IMG/VR virus record: IMGVR_UViG_3300026484_000007
Span: 124,001 to 188,000 of that record
Direction: 5' to 3' (one strand)
DNA length: 64,000 nucleotides
The notes beneath the pieces were generated by a model. It was not told where the DNA came from, searched no databases, and saw only the letters and a list, made by a program, of their open reading frames with translations. Both the position numbers and the translations under genes were made by a program. This document shows positions 29,951 through 40,096 of the stretch, piece by piece. Positions within the stretch are counted from its first letter, which is position 1, and every line of letters starts with the position of its first letter.

Positions 29951-30897
29951 GCAAAAGATTTGCAAATTAATTTTTTATGAGAATTTATATATTCTTTAAT
30001 AATGAAATCTTTAAACGAATTAGCTTGTTCTTTCGTAATTTTCATATCTCTTGGTAATCCACCAACCGTTTTTCTACCACCAGCTAATGGACCATAAAAT
30101 TTTTGAAGTGGAGTAATTACTCCATTTTCTCCAAAATATTTTTCAGCAACATCTTCGTCAAAGCATGCTATGCTTAAAATTCCTGAATCAGAATTATATA
30201 CTATATTAATTTCTGATTCTGAATTTTTTAATTTATACGCAGAAAGTAAATTGATATTACCTTCTGTGATAAAAAAATGGACTCCAGCTTGCGATGAAGC
30301 TAGATATTTTTCTGCGACTTGAATTTTATTTTCAAGCCAATCTTTTAAATGATTTTTCAGATCCTCATTTGGACCATCAATAATCAAGTCTTTTATTTTT
30401 AAGATAATTTTATGAATTACCCTCGAAACATCAACTATAGTTTCGCCATGATCTTCGATATTGATTGAAGATATTAAATAACCTATCGATAAAAATCTAT
30501 ATTTAATAAAATCCTCCAAGTTTGGAAGAACATTTTTTTCCATATAATGGAACCCTTTTAAATCCTGCTCAGCTACTAACTTCGCTATAGATTTAGCAAT
30601 TTTTGTAGGTCTTAAGATTTTGCTTGCCCACATGATTCCAAAAATAGTATCTAAATCGATATGCGAGACAATGAAATTATCTAAACCTTTATCTAATTTA
30701 TCAAATACATTCCATTGTAAACTTGGTGGTGGATTATCACTTTGAGATCCATGATGATTCATTGCTAATACAATTCCATCAATATTCTCATCAATATGAT
30801 TTTCTCCATACTCACATTCAATTGCTCCACAATTTTTCATTTCTTGAGCAACTTTTTTAGCATCTTCAAATGTTTTTACTAGTTTTACGTTAATCAT
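29947..30897 (-). CDS. DHH-like phosphoesterase (atypical motif order)
   Basis: MNHHG, then SHIDLD, and C-terminal AGGR..VGG. Confidence 0.5.
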   Translation of the reverse strand: MINVKLVKTFEDAKKVAQEMKNCGAIECEYGENHIDENIDGIVLAMNHHGSQSDNPPPSLQWNVFDKLDKGLDNFIVSHIDLDTIFGIMWASKILRPTKIAKSIAKLVAEQDLKGFHYMEKNVLPNLEDFIKYRFLSIGYLISSINIEDHGETIVDVSRVIHKIILKIKDLIIDGPNEDLKNHLKDWLENKIQVAEKYLASSQAGVHFFITEGNINLLSAYKLKNSESEINIVYNSDSGILSIACFDEDVAEKYFGENGVITPLQKFYGPLAGGRKTVGGLPRDMKITKEQANSFKDFIIKEYINSHKKLICKSFA

Positions 30898-30965
30898 AAT
30901 TTTCTCCTTTTATTTTTAATTTATTTTTAATTTTTCTTAATAATAAAAAAGCGATCTTTAAAAGA

Positions 30966-31625
30966 TCACTTTTGACTAATTTTAATTTCTTCGATTTTTA
31001 CTCCAAGTTCATTTAGATGAACGATAATTTCGCTTAACTCATAAGAACTTGCAAATTTGATTTCGAATACTTTTTCTACCTTTTCAACTTTTTCTACCTT
31101 TTCTACTTTTTCAGAACTTTTAGGTTTTTCGAAAACATAGTCTTCAATATATTTAGATGGATTTCTGCTTACTTCTGAAGCAATTTTTGAAGCATTTTTA
31201 AATCTTCCATCTTCATTAAGAATTTGACGAACAGTTTGATAATTATAAAAATCTGTCGCATGCGAAATTATATCATATATTGTATATTTAATATTTTTTT
31301 CTTTGCATTTATATACATAATTAAATATTTTAAATATATGAAATTTTTCTTGATTTGACAATGGTTTTCTATGTTTTCTATGTTTAACATTTTTAGAAAT
31401 GAAATTTGATTTTCTTTCGATAGAATTTTCAATTCTAGAAATTTCGTGTAATAGATCTGCTTTTGATAACGAACAGTATCTATAGACAGTCGATTTTCCT
31501 AAATCGTATTTATTGATTAAATCTTTAATTAAATCTTTATTAGATTCTTTTTTATTAAAAATTCTATCAACAACTTCTTTTAAAAACGCCACTTTCATTG
31601 CCGGATCAATAATTCTTTTTGCCAT
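30966..31625 (-). CDS. HTH-containing protein with EKV repeats
   Basis: KYDLGKSTVYRY HTH; (EKV)4. Confidence 0.6.
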   Translation of the reverse strand: MAKRIIDPAMKVAFLKEVVDRIFNKKESNKDLIKDLINKYDLGKSTVYRYCSLSKADLLHEISRIENSIERKSNFISKNVKHRKHRKPLSNQEKFHIFKIFNYVYKCKEKNIKYTIYDIISHATDFYNYQTVRQILNEDGRFKNASKIASEVSRNPSKYIEDYVFEKPKSSEKVEKVEKVEKVEKVFEIKFASSYELSEIIVHLNELGVKIEEIKISQK

Positions 31626-31660
31626 AAATTCCTCCTTAAATTTTTAAATCTTTTTTTCTT

Positions 31661-31795
31661 TGAAAACTCGTGATCCTAAAACGTTAAGCAACGATAGATA
31701 TCTAAAGATATATAGCAGTTCTAAAAATTTTAGAACTGCTTTTATATCGCTTGTATCTAAAAAAGATGCTACGTGGAAAATCAAAGTTTTCAAAA
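31661..31795. repeat. ~130-bp imperfect palindrome, copy 3
   Basis: Near-identical to copies 1 and 2. Confidence 0.85.
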
Positions 31796-31876
31796 GTTTT
31801 TTCTGACGACAAAAAAAGAAGAGTATTTATATAGCGCCCTCTTCAACGGCGCTGGATATTCAATAAAAATAAAAGA

Positions 31877-32509
31877 TCAAATCCTATTTTGATCTTTTAA
31901 AATTCTTAAAGCCTTAATTATATTTACAATGTTGTAATAGTATTCCCAGGCTTTCGGCTTATATTCTGCGAAAGTTCCTCCATTATAATGAAGAATACTA
32001 TATCTCCACTTATCCCAACGTTTACCTTTTACTATAGCAGTATTTTCCCAATATTTTAATTCTGCTAAAGACTGGGAAAAAGAAAAATCAAAATCATCAA
32101 TTAGTCTCTTAGCTAACGATAATTTTATTGATATTTCATTGTTTTTTCTCACAGGCTTGTATCTGACGTATCTGTCATAAACCGATGAGACTAAATTATG
32201 GAAAACTCCATAACTACCGAGTTCTCCATCACGTAAATTATACATAGTACGACCAAAACTGCTTTCTTTGAAAGCAATTGCCGTCATCGTATACTCGAGA
32301 TCAAATTCTCGAGCTTTCATGAAAACTTTATTAGCGATCTTTTTTTGATCAACGTTTAATGATTTAAGATTTCTTAAATAATAAGAAACCTTAAAAACTT
32401 TTATGTTATGGATTTTATTTTTTATTTTTATTTTCTGATAATAAAAATCCTTTGCCAACAATTGTGATCCTAAAAAGATCACTAATAAAAATAAAACTAA
32501 TTTTCTCAT
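31877..32509 (-). CDS. secreted lysozyme-fold (SLT-like) protein
   Basis: Signal peptide, AIAFKESSFG, GVFH, HYNGG. Confidence 0.7.
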   Translation of the reverse strand: MRKLVLFLLVIFLGSQLLAKDFYYQKIKIKNKIHNIKVFKVSYYLRNLKSLNVDQKKIANKVFMKAREFDLEYTMTAIAFKESSFGRTMYNLRDGELGSYGVFHNLVSSVYDRYVRYKPVRKNNEISIKLSLAKRLIDDFDFSFSQSLAELKYWENTAIVKGKRWDKWRYSILHYNGGTFAEYKPKAWEYYYNIVNIIKALRILKDQNRI

Positions 32510-32652
32510 TTTTCCTCCTTTAAATTTTTACAAGAAAAATTGTTTTTAAAATAAATTAAATAAGCACGTGAAATTGTTGCTCATCTATTAATAATATATC
32601 TATATTTTCTAACGATGTTCTAAAACCTTAAATTTTTTCTAACGACAAAAAA

Positions 32653-32673
32653 ACCCTCGCATAAGCGAGGGTT
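32653..32673 (-). terminator. intrinsic terminator
   Basis: ACCCTCGC-ATAA-GCGAGGGT stem followed by a T-tract on the minus strand. Confidence 0.8.
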
Positions 32674-32680
32674 TTAAACA

Positions 32681-33535
32681 TCATAAAGTGAATGCATCGA
32701 AATCATTGAATTCATCAACTTTTTCTAAATATTCGATTTTTACTAATCCAAGATCTGATATCATTTGGAACCAAATATCTTCTCCATTTTTATAAATATT
32801 TAAAGTAAATTCTTCTGGTTTTGATATTAGCATTAATTCAAATAATTTTAATTTTTTTGGATCTTCGACATCTTTTTTGAAGATATCTTTATATTTTCCA
32901 TTTTGAGTTTCTATTGATACTAAATCAAAATCATTATCTAAACTTACTACAAAATAACTACTATCTACAACCTTAGAAGCATTAATTGCATCTTCTATTC
33001 TATCTATTGGAATTGATATAGATTTTACAAGTTCACCTAATTCAGGTTTAGTAGCAATATCTTGTGGCTGAACTTCTGGAATAGGTAATACAATACTTCT
33101 AATCGGTTCATTATTATCTAACGTTGTCAAAATGTATTGTTCTTGATCTTTTAAAAATACTACTTTTTCTCCACCTCTCAGAAGAGTCATTAATTTTACT
33201 GCAGTATTTGGATCAATGATTTCAATTGAATTTTCATTGAAAAGATCAGTCATATCACTATAAATAAAACCAACAGTTTTCTTTGTATTTAATTTACCAT
33301 CTTTGATAAAAAAGATATCATTACTTGCCATTCCTTGACTTAAAAATTGAAGAATTTTTATAAATGCTCCATATATCTCACTTGGAATATCAGCAATTAC
33401 ATTTGATGCAGTTTGTGCATCTTCTGGAGATCCTGTCGTAGCTCCGATAGGTAAATCAATATTAATTTCTTCACTTCCCGCAGTTAACTCTGTTTCCATT
33501 TCATTTTCTACTTCTACATTTTCTAATTCATTCAT
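32681..33535 (-). CDS. hypothetical protein (possible sliding-clamp-like fold)
   Basis: Acidic two-domain alpha/beta pattern; clamp loader present in window; weak. Confidence 0.35.
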   Translation of the reverse strand: MNELENVEVENEMETELTAGSEEINIDLPIGATTGSPEDAQTASNVIADIPSEIYGAFIKILQFLSQGMASNDIFFIKDGKLNTKKTVGFIYSDMTDLFNENSIEIIDPNTAVKLMTLLRGGEKVVFLKDQEQYILTTLDNNEPIRSIVLPIPEVQPQDIATKPELGELVKSISIPIDRIEDAINASKVVDSSYFVVSLDNDFDLVSIETQNGKYKDIFKKDVEDPKKLKLFELMLISKPEEFTLNIYKNGEDIWFQMISDLGLVKIEYLEKVDEFNDFDAFTL

Positions 33536-33613
33536 TTTAATCCTTTATTTTAATTATTTTAATTTATTTTTAAATTTTTTTATTTTTTAAAAAAAGATCT
33601 TAAAAAGATCTTT

Positions 33614-33928
33614 TTATGAGATAATTCCTGATGGATTTTGTGCTACACCAGCTTCTGGTGTTCCTACAAGTCCAGTCACGAATTCTCTGTATTTATCAAC
33701 AATTTCTTTTGGGATTTCATTTCCAGTAAATTTATGCATAATTACTTCATCTTTAAAAGAAATCTCTTGAACTTCTGTCATAAGATACACAGCATCATAT
33801 GGCATAAATCCTAATCCACCTTGCATTGGATCGAAAACTATACTAACAGGTTTTTTGATTTTACCATCTATTTCTTGTCCAATAACGTATTCTCCAGTCA
33901 CTAATTTTAAATAAACTAAGTTTTCCAT
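33614..33928 (-). CDS. Sm-like domain phage protein
   Basis: LKLVTGEYVIG N-terminal motif. Confidence 0.6.
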   Translation of the reverse strand: MENLVYLKLVTGEYVIGQEIDGKIKKPVSIVFDPMQGGLGFMPYDAVYLMTEVQEISFKDEVIMHKFTGNEIPKEIVDKYREFVTGLVGTPEAGVAQNPSGIIS

Positions 33929-34062
33929 TTCATTTTCCTTTTAAATAAATTTTTGAATAAATATTCAAATAATGTGTTTAACGCATTTAATATTACAGTG
34001 TTTTTATGCCTTTTGAGCAAGTTATTTATATCTTAAGAATCTTTTATAGATTTATTTTAAAT

Positions 34063-34884
34063 TTAATCTAGATTTCTATCGATATGAATTCTCGGACTAT
34101 ATCTTACTCCAATTTCTAAAGCTTTTCTAGATGTATTATTTTTAGATGTTTCCCAGAATTCTTTGTCTTTCCCGAGAGGATCTTCTGGAGTAAAAGGCAT
34201 TAAGAATATATGAGCAGCTTTAATTCCATTTAATCTTAAATAATCAATAAAATTTATAACTAACTTATTCATAGTTTCATTTACGCCCCAAATGAATTTG
34301 TAATTTATATATTCATCATCTAAATAATTAATTGTATTATCTAAAACGCGAGAATACATATTTATTACTTCCTTTTGCGTTAATTGATTTTCATAGCAAG
34401 TTTCCGCATCCATTTTTGGCGAAATGGTAATAGTAGGTTTAACGCCTAAAACATTTTTAATTTTATTCATCTCTCTAATTAAATCAAGTGTTAAATTTTT
34501 ATCTTGTAAAAGATTTCCATTAGTCTCAAAACCTACATATTTTAAATTTAAATTCGGTATGCTTTTTACTTCTTGAACTATTTCATTAAAATAATCTACA
34601 TAATGTAAAGGTTCTCCACCAGTAATTGTCAATCTTTGAATTTCTCTATTTCCAATTTCTTCATTGATTGTTTTTAAAAATTTGGGATTGAAAAGATCTT
34701 CATTGTTCTTAGCTTCATACCAACTGAATTTTGTATCACAGAATTTACAAGCAGCGCTAAAACACCCAGATAATCTTAAATAAAGACTTGGTTCCCCAAT
34801 ATTTTCTCCTTCACCTTCTAACGATATAAACCATTGGCTTATTTTTGGAAATTCATTAATTTTATTGAAATTTAATTTTTTCAC
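34063..34884 (-). CDS. queE: 7-carboxy-7-deazaguanine synthase
   Basis: SLEGEG, RLSGC...CKFCDT, ITGGEP, FETNG, ISPK, SPRIH; GTG start with SD. Confidence 0.92.
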   Translation of the reverse strand: MKKLNFNKINEFPKISQWFISLEGEGENIGEPSLYLRLSGCFSAACKFCDTKFSWYEAKNNEDLFNPKFLKTINEEIGNREIQRLTITGGEPLHYVDYFNEIVQEVKSIPNLNLKYVGFETNGNLLQDKNLTLDLIREMNKIKNVLGVKPTITISPKMDAETCYENQLTQKEVINMYSRVLDNTINYLDDEYINYKFIWGVNETMNKLVINFIDYLRLNGIKAAHIFLMPFTPEDPLGKDKEFWETSKNNTSRKALEIGVRYSPRIHIDRNLD

Positions 34885-34937
34885 TTTTTCTCCTTTAAAT
34901 TTTTTAAGCAAATAAAAAAAATTGAAAAATCAGAGAG

Positions 34938-35312
34938 TTAAATCCCTGATTGTTTTGCAAGATTTAAAGTAGTGATTAATACAGCTACTAATTCATCTTG
35001 CGTTAAACAAATTCTATTTGCTTCAATTGCTTCAATTATTTCATTTACTTCATTTACTTCATTTACTTCATTTACTTCATTATTCACTTCTGTTGATTCA
35101 TTCATATCTCTAGAATCATTAGAATCAGCTTCAATCACTGTTTCATTTAATTCATCAATAATTTTACCATATCTTCCTTCTTTATTTTTAATTCTTCTCA
35201 CTGTACTTATACTTGTACCGTATTTTTCAGCTACCTCTTTTAAACTTCCTCCTGCAATTATATCTGAATAAATTGATTTGATTGTTTCATTTGTAATTGT
35301 TTTTCTTGCCAT
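34938..35312 (-). CDS. HTH DNA-binding protein with NEV repeats
   Basis: SLKEVAEKYGTSISTVRRI. Confidence 0.7.
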   Translation of the reverse strand: MARKTITNETIKSIYSDIIAGGSLKEVAEKYGTSISTVRRIKNKEGRYGKIIDELNETVIEADSNDSRDMNESTEVNNEVNEVNEVNEVNEIIEAIEANRICLTQDELVAVLITTLNLAKQSGI

Positions 35313-35454
35313 AATTTCTCCTTTGTGTTTCTGTTTTTATTTTCTTCGGTATTTATAATGCGCTCCAAAGATTAAGTTTAAGCGCAATTTTTTCTAACGA
35401 CAAAAAAAGCGATCTTTAAAAGATCGCTTTTAAACTATTCATATACTACCTATA

Positions 35455-36063
35455 CTATACCATTGCACCATTGATTTTATAAAGAATATTATTTAAGAAC
35501 TCTTCAATTTCTTTTGGAAGTTCCCTATCCTCTCTATTTTCTTCATTTTCTTTATCAAAAACAAGTTTTATATCTTTATTAAATCCTTGAGGAATTTTAA
35601 TAATTACACTTTCTTCGTCTTCAAAAATTTGAATATCTTCATAATTATCTTCATAATTATCTTCATTGATATTCTCTTGCATTTTTCTCTCGGCTTCTGC
35701 TTTTTCAGATCTATGTAATCTTTGTAATCTTTGTAATCTATTTTCAATCATTTCAATAAAATAATTGTCAATTTCGTCGGCTTTTTCTTCCGAAAAGAAT
35801 TTTGATACATCTTCGTGAAGAGTATCTAAAGCTCTATCCAATGCAAATAATTCATCACCTGATGCGAGAATTTTATTTAAATCAATTTTAATTAAATCCA
35901 TTAATAATTTTTCTTTTTCGCCAAGTTCTTCAAGACCTAATGCTTGAATTAAATTTTGTGGAATTAGTAAATTTGCCGCAGCATTTTTAGATGCTTCCAT
36001 AACTTCTCTAATTTTTTCTGGTGTCAATCCTGCGATATTAAATTTTAAATTTGCCTTTGTCAT
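35455..36063 (-). CDS. hypothetical protein
   Basis: 202-aa ORF with SD. Confidence 0.7.
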   Translation of the reverse strand: MTKANLKFNIAGLTPEKIREVMEASKNAAANLLIPQNLIQALGLEELGEKEKLLMDLIKIDLNKILASGDELFALDRALDTLHEDVSKFFSEEKADEIDNYFIEMIENRLQRLQRLHRSEKAEAERKMQENINEDNYEDNYEDIQIFEDEESVIIKIPQGFNKDIKLVFDKENEENREDRELPKEIEEFLNNILYKINGAMV

Positions 36064-36156
36064 ACTTTCTCCTTAATTTTTAATTAAAATAAATTTCTTT
36101 AGTATTTATATAGCGCCCTAAAAATAGGCGCGAAAGTGCATAGAAATATAGATAAA

Positions 36157-36420
36157 TTATTCTTTATCCATATATATTGCAATTTTTCCGGTACCTTGAT
36201 AATCTTCAAGAATATTTAGATTATCAAGTTTTTCAAGGGCTTCGTATTCATCAAACCCTTCTTCCATTAATTTTAAAAACACGAATATTGGTATTTTTAA
36301 AATATTTACGTCCGCTGGAAGAAGAATTGTTGTTTCTCCTTCTGGTAAAGTCACATCACGATTTAACGTCTCGCTCATAGCTTTTGCAAGATCGTTCATA
36401 AATTCATAATTGATTTCCAT
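36157..36420 (-). CDS. acidic hypothetical protein
   Basis: 87-aa ORF with SD. Confidence 0.65.
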   Translation of the reverse strand: MEINYEFMNDLAKAMSETLNRDVTLPEGETTILLPADVNILKIPIFVFLKLMEEGFDEYEALEKLDNLNILEDYQGTGKIAIYMDKE

Positions 36421-36483
36421 TACAATTTCTCCTTTATTTTTTTAATTTTTTCTAATGACAAAAAAAATGGAGCAAAGATGAGA

Positions 36484-36765
36484 TTAAATCTCAACTTTTA
36501 CTCCATTAACTATACCATCTTTTTCCATAGCATTCCAATTTAAAATTGGAATATTTACTATTTTTTTCGCGCTATATAACTTATATAGCACGACTATAAT
36601 TTTTTCGCTTAGTCTATTTATTACAATTTCCGCGTCTTTTTCAGCCATCGGATTTGTAAAAAAAACAATAATTTCATTGTTATTTACGATGATATTTTTA
36701 AAATTTTCATCGTTTAAATTTTTGAGATTTAATAAAATCTCTTGCAAAACTTCAGATTTTTTCAT
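36484..36765 (-). CDS. hypothetical protein
   Basis: 93-aa ORF. Confidence 0.6.
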   Translation of the reverse strand: MKKSEVLQEILLNLKNLNDENFKNIIVNNNEIIVFFTNPMAEKDAEIVINRLSEKIIVVLYKLYSAKKIVNIPILNWNAMEKDGIVNGVKVEI

Positions 36766-36813
36766 AATAAAAATCCTTTCCGATTAATAAAAAAAGATGC
36801 CGATCGTGGGAGA

Positions 36814-36984
36814 TTAAATTCTCCCACTCTCAGCATCTTTGCTATACGAAGAAGCTCTCACTTCTTCGATCTCATCAGCATCTACTGCTGCTTCTGCTTC
36901 TTCATTCACTTCCTCGTCTGCAGCTTTTACAGCTGCTAATGCAGCAGCTACAGCTGCTGCAATTGTTTCATTACTTTGTGCCAT
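36814..36984 (-). CDS. Ala/Glu-rich microprotein (56 aa)
   Basis: Manual translation MAQSNETIAAAVAAALAAVKAADEEVNEEAEAAVDADEIEEVRASSYSKDAESGRI; has its own promoter, leader hairpin, SD and terminator. Confidence 0.75.
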   Translation of the reverse strand: MAQSNETIAAAVAAALAAVKAADEEVNEEAEAAVDADEIEEVRASSYSKDAESGRI

Positions 36985-37137
36985 GTTTGCTCCTTTTTAA
37001 TTTTTTTAATTTAGAGGATGGTTTGGCTACCATCCTCTGCTATTAAAATATCAATGAATCCGTTAAGGAGTTCTAATATTTAGAGCGTTTTTCTTAATCG
37101 TGAAACATTGATATTATAGCGAGTTCTAAAACCATTT

Positions 37138-38853
37138 TTAAAAATCTATCCCGAGAATTCTTACGGATAATTTCTCAGATCCATTAAACGAATCTAATTC
37201 TGGTTGCCAATATATTTCACAGTAATCTTCTAAAGATCCTTTTATCGAATCTATTTTAGATTCTACCGAAGAATCGTGAAAAAACCACAATGCTTTAATA
37301 TCGATTATGTTTTTATTATCAGTAATATTCAATGTTAAATGGTTTTTATTTTTACCGATAATTCTATAATTTTTAATAAAACATCTTGTTTTGAATATAG
37401 GTTTTTTAAATTTATGACCGAATGGTTCCCATTTCATTAAATAATAATAAATATCAGTATCCCAAATATGAACTTGATTAATACCTATATAGAAATCGGC
37501 GACTATCTTAGTTTTGAATTGTTCTTTTGGTAATTTAGATGCTTCTTCTTGCAGTTTTAAAAATAAATCATTCAAAGATTCTGGTTTAAATCCAATTCCA
37601 CAAGCTTGTTTATGCCCACCAATATGGGTAAAAATATCTGGATTTTCTTCTCTGATATTTCTTAGAATATTTAATATATTTACATCTCCCACAGATCTTC
37701 CAGAACCTGAATAAAAACCATTGTCTTTAATATTGCAAACAATGCAAGGTTTATTATATTTTTCCGCAATTCTACCTGCAATAATCCCAAGAACACCATC
37801 ATATTCTTTTTTGAATTTTCCAGGAATTAAAATAAAATGTTCAGCTTTGATCCAATCTTTATAATACTTTTCAACGTAATCAATTAATTCTTGTTGAATA
37901 GCTTTTCTACTTTCATTTAATTGAAAAATATAATCCATCCATTTTTTAGCATTTTCGTAATCTTCCTGAATTAAATAATTAAAACCATAGACTGGCGACG
38001 CCATTCTTTGAGTAGCATTTAATGCAGGTACTAACGTAAAACTAAAATCACTAGCTACCGGAGCATTATTCATAATTTTAAATGAATTCAGATATTGATG
38101 TTTAGTGTTTTCGAAGTGATTATTTATAAAATCATTTACTAAAAATCTATTAATACTGATATTTAACGGCATTACATCGCTTAAAGTCGTGATTGCCATA
38201 AGATCAATACTATCTTGATACCATTGTTTTAATCTTTCATTTCTAGCATCCTCAGAGAGATCTTTTAAAGATCGCTTTAATAATTCTCTTAAAAAAATAA
38301 AATAAACAACAGTTCCAGAAATATCTTTAAATTCAAAATTGCAATCTGGTTTATATGGATCTATAATAGCATCTGCTTCTGGTATTTGATAATTACCGTC
38401 TATTTTTTCGGGTTGATGATGATCAGTAATAATTACCTTAGCATTTTTTCTATGCGCAAGAATGCATGCATCGAAACTAGTAATTCCATTATCAGCAGTG
38501 CAATATAATTTTACATCATCTTCAACATATTCTGGAATAAAACCATAACCTTTTTTTCTATCAGTAATTTCGATCTTTACTGGATACGGAATAAATTCTT
38601 TAAAAAAACGATATGAAAGAGTTGCAGTTCCTAATCCATCAGTATCACTATCATGAATTAATTTAATTTTTTCTTTTTTTAGAATGCTCTCATAAAATAA
38701 TTCTACTCCTTTTTTTATTTCGGAGTCTGGGTCGGAGGAATATTGATCGATGATATCAATGAAACTTTCGTAATCTTTTATCTTTTCATCTTTAATTCTT
38801 TTTCTTAATAATTCATCTAACTCTTCTAAAGAATTTAACGTTGGTGTAGCCAT
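37138..38853 (-). CDS. recJ: ssDNA-specific exonuclease RecJ
   Basis: HDSDTDG, TADNG, TDHH, SDVMPL, GSGRS, GGHKQACG, EPFG. Confidence 0.93.
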   Translation of the reverse strand: MATPTLNSLEELDELLRKRIKDEKIKDYESFIDIIDQYSSDPDSEIKKGVELFYESILKKEKIKLIHDSDTDGLGTATLSYRFFKEFIPYPVKIEITDRKKGYGFIPEYVEDDVKLYCTADNGITSFDACILAHRKNAKVIITDHHQPEKIDGNYQIPEADAIIDPYKPDCNFEFKDISGTVVYFIFLRELLKRSLKDLSEDARNERLKQWYQDSIDLMAITTLSDVMPLNISINRFLVNDFINNHFENTKHQYLNSFKIMNNAPVASDFSFTLVPALNATQRMASPVYGFNYLIQEDYENAKKWMDYIFQLNESRKAIQQELIDYVEKYYKDWIKAEHFILIPGKFKKEYDGVLGIIAGRIAEKYNKPCIVCNIKDNGFYSGSGRSVGDVNILNILRNIREENPDIFTHIGGHKQACGIGFKPESLNDLFLKLQEEASKLPKEQFKTKIVADFYIGINQVHIWDTDIYYYLMKWEPFGHKFKKPIFKTRCFIKNYRIIGKNKNHLTLNITDNKNIIDIKALWFFHDSSVESKIDSIKGSLEDYCEIYWQPELDSFNGSEKLSVRILGIDF

Positions 38854-38909
38854 AATAATCCTTTTTTAATTTTTTTAAGCAAATAAAAATCTCTGAGAGA
38901 GATAGACTC

Positions 38910-39509
38910 TCATTTGATAAAGTCTAAGGGCATAAGCCCTTTTTTAACTTCATCCCAAAGAGCCCAAATTGCAAACTTCCCAGTTTCACTAGAAAGTTCC
39001 TTGAACTCCTTAATAAAGTCATCTATCTCTTTTTTTAGAGATTCATTATCCCAAATTAATGGGATAATTTTTGCGAAATGGGCTCTTGACCCTAATTCGC
39101 AGATTAATTTTACCTCTTCCGAGGTGATAGACGGTTTTACTAAACCGTCCAATTTCGCGGCCACAGTTGCCGCAAAATCCATCGCAGCTTCAATTGCTGC
39201 AATAGATTTTTTGTTGTACGATAGATAGCCGCTGCTATCTATCGTTACTAAACTTCTATCAGAAAACTTAACCCTCGGGTTAAGTTTTCTGATTTTTTCA
39301 AATCGTGGATCGATCAGTCTCTGATCAATAATCCATGTCTCGCCTCCACACATGAACGCCATGTCGTTCGGGAGACTTAATAATGGGTACGATGTGTACC
39401 CAAACTCAATCCCTGAAACAATTCCAGGGAATTCAATACCAGGGATAGCACTTACCATCCCCGTCAATTTTTTTTCAATTTTTTCCTTAGCTACTCTTCT
39501 TCTAGCCAT
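38910..39509 (-). CDS. hypothetical early-type protein (GC-richer)
   Basis: SD-preceded ATG at 39509; cassette-type promoter upstream. Confidence 0.7.
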   Translation of the reverse strand: MARRRVAKEKIEKKLTGMVSAIPGIEFPGIVSGIEFGYTSYPLLSLPNDMAFMCGGETWIIDQRLIDPRFEKIRKLNPRVKFSDRSLVTIDSSGYLSYNKKSIAAIEAAMDFAATVAAKLDGLVKPSITSEEVKLICELGSRAHFAKIIPLIWDNESLKKEIDDFIKEFKELSSETGKFAIWALWDEVKKGLMPLDFIK

Positions 39510-39634
39510 TCTTTTTTCCTCCTTACCATTTTTTACATACGTTCGCCTTACACGGCGAACAAAAAAACTCGCGAGAAACAAGTGGTATGCCTTGTTCCTC
39601 ACTATAATAATATCAATGATTTACAATCGACTTC

Positions 39635-39675
39635 TTAATTATTAATTAATTATTAATTAATTATTAATTAATTAT
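39635..39675. repeat. 11-bp tandem repeat (TTAATTATTAA), about 3.6 copies
   Basis: Seen directly, just downstream of the RHH gene. Confidence 0.7.
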
Positions 39676-39682
39676 CCCAAAC

Positions 39683-40084
39683 TCACCAAGCTACCGAAAT
39701 TGGAGAAGCTGGAGATGATTGAGCTGGAGCCGTTTGTTGAGAAGCTGCTGGCGGATTTGAATGATTTGATGCAATTGTATTAGATTGCTGATCTTCAAAA
39801 GATACTTCTTCCTCAACCGAATCTACTAAAGATTCAATCTTTCCTTGATCTCTAAATTCTTTTTTTAGATAATATTTTTGATATTCTTTAGATTCAGAAA
39901 ATCTTTTTATAGCAATATTAATTAAACTCGGGATACTTTCTGGATATGTTTTTGATAAAATTTCATATGTTTCATCATCTAAAACGAAAGAATATTTTTT
40001 AGATGAATGAGGTTGTTGTGTTTGTTGAGGCTCTGGAGCCATTTGAGGTTGATTGAACATTTGATTTTGCATTTGATTTTGCAT
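39683..40084 (-). CDS. ribbon-helix-helix protein (ParR-like candidate) with disordered tails
   Basis: KKYSFVLDDETYEIL...IPSLINIAIKRF pattern. Confidence 0.55.
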   Translation of the reverse strand: MQNQMQNQMFNQPQMAPEPQQTQQPHSSKKYSFVLDDETYEILSKTYPESIPSLINIAIKRFSESKEYQKYYLKKEFRDQGKIESLVDSVEEEVSFEDQQSNTIASNHSNPPAASQQTAPAQSSPASPISVAW

Positions 40085-40096
40085 TTATTCTCCTTT

